From Aplysia californica (Eukaryota), in NCBI RefSeq assembly GCF_000002075.1, contig NW_004797283.1, forward strand, positions 2,892,860 to 2,956,859: a stretch of 64,000 bases of DNA, read 5' to 3'. Positions 24,301 to 36,604 of this stretch are shown piece by piece. The number at the start of each line of letters is the position of its first letter. Position 1 is the first letter of the stretch. The notes under the pieces were generated by a model, which worked only from the letters and a program-made list of their open reading frames with translations, was not told the DNA's origin and made no database searches. The position numbers and the translations under genes were made by a program.

Positions 24301-27300
24301 GTAGGCCTAACTTAAATAGTTAACATTTGGTCGTTGTTTCTGGACACTACCTCTACTTGTCTTTTGCTTCATTATATTGTCTGCTCTGCTATCTTGTTTT
24401 GATCACAATCACAGACTAACACAAATTTTGACGTATAGCAGTACCCAGTTTTAACCTTTTATTGTTCGCTTTTACTCCTCCTTGCGTTTTAATTTTGGGA
24501 TACCACTGATTGTAATTGTTGGTGAGAAAACTGTGGGAGACTATCTAGGCCATTCATTAAAAAAATATAAACATGGCTTTAATTTAGACAACTTTTGATT
24601 CCTCATGGTAGATTTGAAAGGCACTTTTCAACAAGAGGAAGGGCCTTTTACTGCTTCTAAAATTAGCATACTTACAGCCTACAGCACAGTCCCACTTTCT
24701 AAATATAAGATCTCCATCATCATTTCTGACCTGTCAAGACAAATTGTTGTTAGGCCTACTTGTTCCAAGTCAAAATTGGGAATGAACTGGTGAATTGTAT
24801 CAACCGTTATTCAGTTCCTCCCCAACAAGGCTGTTTTATTTTGAAATAAGACAAGGTGGGTGGCATAGTATGCACTTTTGAAAGTTCAGTGTTTACTGTT
24901 AAATTATAAATGCAATTGCAAGATATCTGATTTATTTTCAGGTCGAACGACTGTGTGAAAGGGTTTCGTCTTCCACTTTGCTAGATGACCGACGGGATGC
25001 GGTTAGGGCTTTGAAAGCTTTGTCAAAGGTTTGTGAGGAAAACAGGTTTTATTTGATGCCAGGTTTTATAATGTGTGAGAGTCTTGTCAATGAACTCATT
25101 GTAAAATCATTGTTATTGAATATTGGCCAGTTCCTATTGTATTTGAATCTTTAAAGTTATTTTGTTCCTTCCAACGGCAACAATGTTAATTATTTGAATT
25201 TATATTTCTTATAGCAAGTGCTGTATGAAACTATTTATTATAAATGATTACAACAGCCTTCTATCTATCTATATTATAAGAGACCAGTTTCGTCTTATTA
25301 TTTTTGCTTTGCATATAGCTGGAAATGGGGAAAAAGAAAGACCCTTATTAAAGAAAGAAAAGTACATTTTGCCCGTGGTATTTTGAAAGCTTGCAAATAC
25401 AAATGAGTCCGCTTATTTATACAAACATGGTTAATCCAAAAATAGCGGAAAACTAAAGAAAATGCAAATGCGGATTTTTTTCCCCTTCCATTTGAGCAAT
25501 CTCTCTAAACCGACAACGGGGCTAATTGGGACAAAATTCCAGTGGTCCTGCAGATAGATTTTGGTTTGAGTGGACTACATCTTCAGGCTCAGCATGTTTT
25601 TAAGCCTCCAAAATATTTGATCATGTATATGAAAGGCCATTAGTGCTGTTATCATGTGTAAGTAAGCCTGTTATTTTATGATTATATGCAGTCAAAGTTA
25701 ATGGACTCTGATATGACGGCTTCATATATTAATGTTGAAAAGTGTGTGTATATTCTTGATATAATTTCTTTGCATGTACTTAAGTTATTATAAGACTGAA
25801 TTTGAATTCATTATTCATTATTTTCTTTTTCAGAAATTCAGATTGGAGGTGGGCACACAGGCAATGGACATACTGATTAATGTTCTGGAGCAAGACAGGT
25901 ACATTTTTCTAAAAAAGCCCTAAAATATCTTATTTCTCAATTTTGTTCACTGTTGATTGCAACTGGTTACGAGGTTATGAATAACAAAATAATGAGAAGA
26001 AGACTGTTACTGTTAATAAGACTGGTGTCCCCCACCCCTTCATTTCTTAAATTCCCTATCTCCACAAGCTGCTCCGAGTGGATTGTGGTCGGAACTGTTG
26101 CGCTGTTGATCCAGTGGCAGTGGCTCAGTCACATTCCTTTACGATGACAATGGCATTATGTTCATTTTCAGCAGTTGGTGAAAGGAGGTCAATCTTTGCA
26201 GGAGTTATTCATTTGATGAAGAACTATCAATGTAGGTTTGTATTGAAAGATTTAATAACCAATGTAGTGACGCTTTTTTCACTTCATGGTTTTGTACCAA
26301 AAGGGGGCTCAGGCATAATGGGAAAACCCCCTCTGGAGATATAGGTCAATTCACTAAGGGAAGTAGATAAAAGCATTTCATAGCGTTTGGTTTGTAATTT
26401 AAATGACAATTCCTAACACCTGTCAGAGAATATTTCATGTGTTTGTCTTCTGTAATGTTACATGTGTCTGCAGTGTTATTTTTGGGGGAAAAAAAGTACA
26501 GCCACTTAAAGTGAAACCGCTTGTCATTTTATCCTCAGAAATGATGCAGAGATCACTGGCTTCACATTGGACACACTTTATCATGTTATGTCAAATGAAC
26601 CAACAGATGAAGGTAAGTGACGGTAAAATAAAGATAACGGGAGTTGGAAATTTATGAGCATTGATAAGGTTGAAGCGTTTCATTTCTGGTATGCTAATCA
26701 CAACATTTAAAGTACTCTTTGTAAGTGTGTTAAGCAGGTTCATGCTTTTGAAAGTTTTGTTTTTTTACTCCTATTTTTAATGTGCTCTTATTCTATTGGT
26801 CGAAAGTTGTCTTTTTTAAGAATGAAAAGATATATGTTGAGTTGGGTAGGTAAACTTTGCATTTTCATTTTTACAGCATGAGGCTTTTTCTTCCGTGTTT
26901 TTTTCAAGAAAATTGTAACAAATAATTAGTTGCTGTTGTTACCATTTGATGGTGGTAATGAGTATTTTGTAAGGGTAGGGAAAGACCTGTCTGCATTATT
27001 TATTTTACTTACATTACTTCACTATCTGTACGTCGTGTTTTACTATCGCATCCATACGATGTGGGGGGGGAACTCTGTGCCCCCACTTTCCAAAGAAGAA
27101 ATTTACTCATTAATCCGATCCGTACGCTTTGCATAGCAGTCTGTCAAAATGATTTTTTGAGAAAAACTGAAAGTTTCAAAGAGATCTTCGCTCTAAAAGT
27201 ATTCTAAAATGTGAAGAACACAACCCCTGGGGTACAAAATGACCCCGGGCTTACTGATAGGGTTAATGTTTTGTGGGATATATATAATATTATGTTTGAC

Positions 27301-30300
27301 ATGCTTAATGTTTTAAACTTCACTTGTCTTTTTTCAGAAGACACATCAGCACCAGTCGACAGTGACCTGGGTGGTCAGTTCACAGAGATTTTTATCAAAA
27401 AGTCGGACAACGTCTCGCTTCTCTTGTCATTTTTAGAGGTGGGTCATGTGTTCTGGGCCAGTGCTCTGTCTATCTGTTCCCTCATATTTGTGTTGTGACG
27501 CAGTGGAATCAGGCGCTCGTCCATTTATGCATATGGAGTTATTGGTAGGTCTATACTCTTAGTTTAGTTTAGTTTTAGTAGATGTTTTACGGAGCTCGCT
27601 ACTGCATAAGGTCATATGAGTGCCAGAAGATTAGATGTGTTACAAGAGAGTAGCAAACTTAAAAAAGAAGAAGGGGAGGTAAGGACAATAGATGTTTTAT
27701 AGGAAAGAAGAAGCAAACCATACCAGAACACCCACCAACCACCCACTTATACTCTTAAAGGTTATACATTTGCCTTGCTTACGATGAAAATAATATCCAT
27801 TTATCTTGAATAGAAGTCCAGATATTTGCGATTGAAGGAGATTGGGTCTCCTGGTTTTAGAAGTAAAATTAGCGAGAAAATGGCCACCAAAGTTCGGTGA
27901 CTTCCGTAGCTTAAGGGTCCTTGGAAACTGCAAATTTACATTTTTTTGTGCCTTTACTCAACGTTCTTCCATAAAATCCACACATAAAAGTGTTTTTAAA
28001 TGGACATACAAGGTGTTTAGGAAAAAAAAAATTCGAAAAAAAATTCCAAACTGACTGAAAAATGCAGATTTTTTGGATTTCATTACTTTGACGAGCGCCT
28101 GGTTTCACCACGATGCCCCACTTTTGTTTTATTTACTTTTTAGAATATACTGCAGTAAATATTGAATTGTTTGTAGTTCATGAGGTGCTATATTGTTTGC
28201 TTCTTCTATTAGAAGTCTTGCTTTAAGGTCATTTTGCACGTAATTGAGGGTTATTCAGTTTTGTGTTTTTCTTTTTATCTTTGTCATATACAAAGGACTT
28301 TTTATGTTGAAAGATTTGAGTGAATGGTTGGCGGGTGCTCTGGTGTGGTTTGCTCCTTTTTGTCTACCAAACATCTGTTGTCCTTATCTGTCATCTTTTT
28401 TGTTGTTGTATTTCTTACTTTCTCGTAATACCTCTAATCTTCAGCTCTTATGTGACCTACTTGTGTTGCTAGACTCTTACTAAAGATTTGAGTGGGTGGT
28501 TGGCGGGTGCTCTGGTGTGGTTTGCTCCTTCTTTCCTATCAAACATCTATCATCCTTATCTCCCCTTTTTCTTTTTTATGTTTGTTACTCTCTTGTAACA
28601 CCTCTAATCTTCTGGCGCTCATATGACCTTATGCAGTTGCAAGCGCCGTAAAACCTCTACTAAAACTAAAAGATTTGAACTTTAAATGGACTTGCAATGA
28701 GTTGGTGCTGCTTTATTTTTTTTTTTTATTGTTTCTGGACTACCCTTGGATGTAGAAACTGCCAAAGCTTAGTGTTGTGCTTGCATAATTAACTGCCAAC
28801 ACATGTTGTTATTGTTATATGTGGCAGAATGCCTTGTGACATGTTTTTGCCATTTGGAAGATCAATCTGTAACATTCTCGCATTCAGGAGTATGACTTTC
28901 ACGTGCGATGGCCTACTGTGAAGTTGCTGACTGTTCTGCTGACTAACCGGCAAAAAGACCTGCAGGAAATCATCCTGGTGATCCCCATGGGAGTGTCAAG
29001 ACTAATGGATCTGCTCTCCGACAGCCGGGAGATCATCCGCAATGATGTGAGTTGTTCAGTCGCTGTCATTGACCCAGTTCATACTGATAATCAAATTCAT
29101 ATGATCCAATCAGGCATAGCCAGATTTTCCTTCGTGGACGGGACAAAAGCTGCCATTTTGGCACAATTCGACCGAATTTCAACTAAATGCGACAAACGTG
29201 TTTGTTTTTCAAGGTTAGGAGTGGAATCTGTTGTACTTTGCCTAAATGGTAGCCTTTGCTTCAAGTCTATGAATCCTAGCTGTCCCCTACCTATTCCAAA
29301 TGAAGATTTTGATTGGCAGTGTACCCTTGGTATTACAGTTTGGGTTTCCTTACAAAATGTGCAGGGAATCATTGTGGCGAAAAGGAGCCATCTTTTGTTA
29401 GTAGAAGTATTACACTATACTTTGAACACAATGTTCATCTGCACTTTTTAGAATTGGTGTACCCTTTTCGAGATAATGAGATTTGTTGGCAGGCTTGTCT
29501 ACTTTGCCTTGTAGTAGGTACCGTGGTGGTCTTCATAGAGCCCTAGACGAGATTTGTTTTAAGACAGTGTTGCAAAAGTTAAAAGCTTAATGAAAGTTGG
29601 CAGAGTGTGATATTTTGGACAGTTGAGGTCTTGCAGAGAATACAGATTTCAACAAGACTGTGTATATCCATGAAAAATCGGTTGTTCTTGTTATTTATTT
29701 GAAGTTGTAAGGAGTTTCAATTTGAAAGCGCAGATGAAAAGGAAGTGATGTTTTGTTACAATGATTGAGTCATGACAATAAGTAACAATCAAAAAAGAGG
29801 AAAGCAGTATCGTCAAAATGCTTTAAACAGGATCCCTGCCTTTTTTAGCATCTATAATATAGTTGCCTTTATATTTTCTTTTTTCTCTCTATCTTTGACA
29901 ACAACCTCAGGCTTTGCTGCTGTTAAATCAACTGACGAAAGGCCATGCCAACATACAGAAGATCGTTGCCTTTGAGAATGCCTTTGAGCGGATCATCGAC
30001 ATCATCAGAGATGAAGGAGCATCAGATGGTGGTATGTTTTTAAAAAAATTTTTCTACAATCCGTTCTTGCTCGCTGAATACATTTTCACTGTATTCAGGA
30101 AAGATTATTGTCTTACATTTACTAAATTTATGTAGTGGCCGGTGAAATGGTGAGAATAGCAGTGAAAGGGGAATAGATTAAATTTGTGACTTTCCTCAGA
30201 GTTTATGGAAACCCATTGATGTTCAAATGTTTTGTGTCTCATGCCATCCGATGTAGAAAGATGTCATTTTGCTAAGTTGCATCTTTATGAGTAAGCTTTA

Positions 30301-32514
30301 TGTTATCAAAGTCTGAGAACTGATGACGCATATTATATTGTTCTCAAGTTAATGTTGACCCCCATTCTTTGGGATGAAATGTGCGGGTCTTATACATGTT
30401 TTACTGTGTTGAACAGTGTGCTCTTCAATTTTAGAGATGTCAGGTAACAAATCTTTTTAATTTCACAGGCATTGTTGTTGAAGATTGCCTTCTGCTGCTT
30501 CAGAACTTGTTACGGAACAACGCGTCCAATCAGAACTTTTTCAAAGAGGGCAGTTTTGTCCAGAGACTGACCCCGTTCTTTGAGCTGGAGAGTGAGAACA
30601 GCAACAAGCAGGGAGGATGGTCTGCTCAGAAAGTCACCAACATGCACCTGCTCTTACAGGTACTCCAATCATCGAACATCTTACTGTTCAGTTTTCCTAT
30701 TCATTTGATTAACCAAGACCATGTGATGAACTTTTATTATTTTGTATTGAAAAACATCCCCATCTTGTGAGACAGGAATAATTTTAAATTGAACAAACAT
30801 CTTTCTTATAAAAAAATGATTATGTTTACGAACATTTGGAAAATGTAGATTAGATTTACAAAAACTTAAGACAGATTTCTTTGTCTGTATACTGTATCCT
30901 GAGTGTTCTCAAAGCTGGTTCTGAAGGGACGGCTGTTGGAAGATCAGAGAACTGGGTGGTCAGAAAAGGTATGAAAATCATAAAACCATTTTTACCAGCT
31001 GTCTCACATGTGTTCACAGAAGAATTCTGGATTGTTTTAGTCTTTCAGTTGATTCTAGCGAATGCACAATGTTGGATATACCTTTCTCTTATACTTTTTA
31101 TCATACGGTAAAGGATATGGAAGTATGCCCGCGACAAAAGTTTCAGAACGATTTTTATCCTGCATTATTAACCTGGATTTGTCCTAATTATTCAGGACTA
31201 TGTTGAAATATAACAGTAGTAGTTTGCATTGTCCCCAAACTATGTATGGTAGTGTTTGTTTGTTTTTATTGTTAAGCAAATGTTGATCTCAGATTTTTTT
31301 CTATCTTTTTTTTTTTTTTTGTTCCTCAGCTTGTGCGAACTCTTGTGTCTCCAAATAACCCTCAGAACCAGACTGTTGCCTGTCAGAAAGTCATGAACCA
31401 GTGTGGTAAGTTCAGGTTTCTTCGCTGCTTTGAACATTGATAAATCAGAGGTACAAACTTACCGGAGTAATCGAGAACTCCTCTGATTGAAAAAATTGTC
31501 TGTGTTTGGCCTGACTTCTCAATACAAGATGCAGTTAACTTGCAGTTAATACAATATAATCTGTTTATTTTATGTCCCAATGCATGGGTTTCCACGGGGT
31601 CCGAACATTTCAAGATTTTTTCGTAATCAGTTGGTACCCCTGAAAAATATGAAAGAGTCATCTGTTTGAGCTGCTGTAGTGATGTACTGATTCATTGTTA
31701 TTGTTGTTGCTCCTTCTTGTGAGCTTCCACAGTTCTGTCTAGTGCCCAATTGTGGTGTCACCTTGCACAGTTCTGTCTAGTGCCCAATTGTGGTGTCACC
31801 TTGCACAGTTCTGTCTAGTGCCCAATTGTGGTGTCACCTTCCACAGTTCTGTCTAGTGCCCAATTGTGGTGTCACCTTCCACAGTTCTGTCTAGTGCCCA
31901 ATTGTGGTGTCACCTTGCACAGTTCTGTCTAGTGCCCAATTGTGGTGTCACCTTGCACAGTTCTGTCTAGTGCCCAATTGTGGTATCACCTTCCACAGTT
32001 CTGTCTAGTGCCTAATTCTGGTATCACCTTCCACAGTTCTGTCTAGTGCCCAATTGTGGTATCACCTTCCACAGTTCTGTCTAGTGCCTAATTGTGGTAT
32101 CACCTTCCACAGTTCTGTCTAGTGCCCAATTGTGGTGTCACATTCCATAGTTCTGTCTTGTGCCCAATTGTGGTGTCACCTTCCACAGTCCTGTCTAGTG
32201 CCCAATTGTGGTGTCACCTTCCACAGTCCTGTCGAGTGCCCAATTATGGTGTCATCTATCACAGTTCTGTCTAGTGCCCAATTGTGGTGTCACCTTCCAC
32301 AGTTCTGTCTAGTGCCCAATTGTAGTGTCACAAGTGGGTGGCAACTGTTAAAAAATTCCTTACATCTTGTTTACTGTGTTATGGAGAGAGAGAGAGAAAG
32401 AGAGAGTGAGAGAGAGAAACAGGATTACTATAGGAGCTGTGCACTGCATATGTTCTTTGTTTTATTGTACAGCGCATTGAGCCCTTCTTTGTGGAAATGC
32501 GCATTATAAATGCA

Positions 32515-32550
<36 letters not shown>

Positions 32551-35500
32551 GGCTGCAGGAGAAGTTGACTCATTAGGTCTGTGAGGATGTGGGGTAACCT
32601 AACAGGTGATGTGCCTCAATGTTCTCCACGGGTCCTCACATGCGGTGCACTGAATCTTGTCAGATGTTTGTCTTTTAAAGAGTGAAAATTAAAGACCCTA
32701 TAACGAAGTCACGACTGTAGTTTGTGTAGTTCGACCTTAAATTGTGTGTCTATTCACAAGGGGGAGGGGGGCTTTTTCCTGGTTTTCGCAAATCCGGATC
32801 GTGCAACCATTGTGTACAGACTGTGCTCTCTAATATATTTGGGGCTATTGCTAGATGTTGTGCAGCGTTGAAAAGAGGTCTTCATTCCTTCTGAAATGTT
32901 GATGCGCTTGTGGACTGAAAATAATTTAACTATGGAGCAGGGTAGTGGGTTAATGTAGACCTCATAAACCTTAATTCTTCCTGCATTTTTTTAGAACACC
33001 ACTGTATTGATTTTGCAGCGACAATGTAGACACATGATATATGGTCAGATAGGCAATTGATTTTTTATACCTCTGGTGTCTTTGTATTGACATCTGGTGC
33101 AAAAAGTCACTAGCTTATGATAATTTATTGTAGGCAAGAAAAGCAATAAGGTTTTTATTCAATTTTCGGCTTTGTTTCTTGGTTAAATTCACTGCTGTGT
33201 ATTTACAGGGCTCTTGCAAGAGTTGTGTTCAATTCTTATGGCCAGTGGTGTACCAGCAGATGTCTTGACAGAGGTGAGTTTTGTTGGGTTTTTTTGTCTG
33301 TTTGGATAAATTTTACTATCTTTGGCTCTTGAGTAGAAATTAAAGATCAGCTTTGTTAGATTTAAAAAAGAAAAGTTTTGTGTCGAGAAAAAAATTCTTA
33401 AGAAAGAAAAAAAGCAACTTCTGTCTTAAATTTATGTCTTCATGCCAAATTATTATGAACATTTATTGTAATGGTCTCTTTGTTTATGATTTTTGTTTTT
33501 TCAGACAATCAACACTGTGTCAGAAGTCATTCGGGGCAGTACCGCAAACCAGGAATACTTTGCTTCAGTCTTAGCTCCCTCAACACCACCAAGGTATGGC
33601 AGCTTTTTCAGTCTGTTTTCGTGGGTGGTTGGCGGATGCTCTGGTGTGGTTTGCTCCTTCTTTTCCATAAAAGATCTATCCTCCATATATTTCCTCCTTT
33701 TTAGCATTTATTAATTTCTTGTTACTCTTCTAATCTTGGGCACTTATTTGACCTTATTATGTTGCAAGTGCGGTAAAATGCTTACAAGGACTAAACTAAT
33801 TCTGTTGTCACCTCATTGTGTTTGTGTTCAGATTTAGATCTCATACATATCTGTAATGTTTGTGCTTTATGCGAACAATTTATTTGGGGTTTTTTCATTT
33901 GTTTCCTGATTGTGTAAAAATTATGTTCTCAGTAGCATGAGATTTGTTTGATTTTACGATTCTTCTGTGTATTTCAAGCTTGGAGTTTATCAACTTGTGC
34001 AAACATAAGCTATGAAAAATATGTTCCAGCAAGGAGATGCTTGTGTATAGATGAGATATACCTGTTGTGTGTGTGTTTTTATGAGAACCTGAAGAAATAT
34101 CCATATTAGAGATTTTGAGCAATTTTTTGTGATGGATGGTTTTACATAGATTTTGTCAATGGATGTAGCTATCTCTTCATTTCTTTTTCTATTGACATAT
34201 TGTTTAACCTATTTGTCTCTCCTAATAAGTGAACAAACATTGACAGAAGATTGTGGCCTGTGATTTTTTTAGCATGGGGGTTCACATGTGGTTAGTAGCC
34301 GCGGGGTTATCGTATGTGAGATGTGCTGACAAAATAAGTTATTTTTGGATTTTCACCCTATGGAAGTAATTTCCTCAAATTTACCTTCTGAGTTTTTACA
34401 TTTTATTAGTATGAAATAACAGAAAACATGTTAAACTTGGAAGAGAATGACATTTATTAAAAATCGACTAATTCATCCCTTGCATTGGTTTTTGACCGAT
34501 ATCTCAATTCATGGATTGGAAGAAGTAACTCATTTTTTTTGTCTTAAGACCTCACATTCAAACAGAGAGAAACATTAACTTATAATTCTATGGGTCTCCC
34601 CCCTGACAGGCCCGCTATCGTGGTGTTGTTAATGTCCATGGTGAATGAGAAACAGCCGTTTGTGCTGCGCTGCGCTGTGCTGTACTGCTTCCAGTCCTTC
34701 CTGTGTAAGAACGAGGTGGGACAGTCACAGATTATACAGACGCTCCTGCCCACAGCGGCTGATGGTGAGTCATCTTCTTCATCATCATTGCCTTCCTCAC
34801 CCTGGGTGAGGGCATAGGCCAAGAACAAACTTTCTCACCCTGGATCAGGGTATAGGCCATGAATAACAAACACTTTCTCACCCTGGATCAGGGTATAGGC
34901 CACTAACAACCAACACTTTCTCACCCTGGTTCAGGGTATAGGCAACGAACAAACACTTTCTCACCCTGGATCAGGGTATAGGCCACGAACAAACACTTTC
35001 CACCTTTCCCTGTAGTGGGCTATAGCCTCTTGATGTTATTTTATGTCTTCCCACTTTTCTGTACATCGATTTCTGTGACTTCTGATGGTGAGTACTTTAC
35101 CGGCGTGCGAGTGGGTGTTTGGAGGGTGTCCACTTTTCTGTTCTATTTGTTTACCGTCAATTTGTTGTTTCTGTTTGTCTCACTGGTGGTTTGAGGCCAC
35201 TTCTTGTAGGTCTTACTTGTTTAGGATCTCTTTGTTTCTTGCTTCTGTTTATTTCAGTAGGTGGGTTAGTGGGTGCCACTGGTAGGCCTTCCTTCTTTTC
35301 TGTTGTTTCCTTCTGTCTCAGTTGCTTTATCTGCTCTGAAAGCCGTGATTATGCAATTTACTGTTTTTGGATAGCTGAAAAGGTTGCCATAGTCTTAAAA
35401 CATTTTTTGATATATTCAGAATACTTTTTTAACGGGTAAATTTTGTTTTCCTTTAGTTTAACTGTAATTGCATTAGCATGCTTCTTTTTTTGCTCACACA

Positions 35501-36537
35501 AACAACAAATAGTGGGTGGTTGGCGGGTGCTCTGGTGTGGTTTGCTCCTTCTTTCCTATCAAACATCTATCGTCCTTATCTCCCCTCCTTTTTTTAAATG
35601 TTTGTTACTCTTTTGTAACACATATAATCTTCTGGCGCTCATATGACCTTATGCAGTTGCGAGCGCCGTAAAACCTCTACTAAAACAAAAAACAATAACA
35701 ACAAATATTTATTTCAAGTTTGTAGGTGGTTGGTGGGTGCTTTGGTGTAATTTTCTCCTTCTTTCCTATCAGACATCTATTGTTCTTATCTCTCCCCCTC
35801 CTTTTGTTTGTATGTTACTTTGTTGTAAAACCTCTAGTCTTTGGCACTTACACGTCCTGATTGTGCTGCATGTGCCATAAATCTCTCCTTAAAACTAAAC
35901 ATTTCAAGTTTCTTTTCTTTTTTCTATTTAGCCAACTCTATCACAGCTGGCCAGCTCCTGTGTGGCGGACTGTTCAGTGCCGACCCGCTGTCCAACTGGT
36001 TCGCCTCGGTGGCCCTGCTACACGCCATCGTGGAGAACCACACGCAGAAGGAGCAGCTGCTGCGGGTACAGCTGGCCACCAGTCTGGGCAACCCGCCGGT
36101 CTCGCTGCTTCAGCAGTGCTGTAACATGCTGTCTCAGGTGGGTGCCTTTATGCCAAGACTCGTTAGAGAAGTACAAACTGTTGTCAAGGAGAGGCAGATT
36201 AGGGCATGCTGTCTCAGGTGGGTGCCTTACTTTATGCCAGGACTCATTAGAGAAATGGTCGCTTTTAAGCACAAGGGGGGCCATCCCGAAAAATGCTGCT
36301 TTGAGAAAATTGAAGGTAAAGTTTTTGGATCTTTATTCAGTTTCTTTAAAAGACAAGGAGAGTTTTCTCTATTACCAAACAAATATAATAATAATAAATA
36401 ATAATAATATATAACATTTATATAGCGCATTTTTTAAAAAGTAGCTCAATGCACTTTACATTGGAATATCCATTTTTCAAAAACCTTTCTTACTACTTCC
36501 TTTCTTCTCATGCAATATACATTAATGCACACTCACA

Positions 36538-36604
<67 letters not shown>

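Noticed and set aside
31726-32332. 38-bp repeat array as a CRISPR array
   Set aside because: Units are contiguous with no unique spacers, there are no cas genes, and it lies in a eukaryotic intron.
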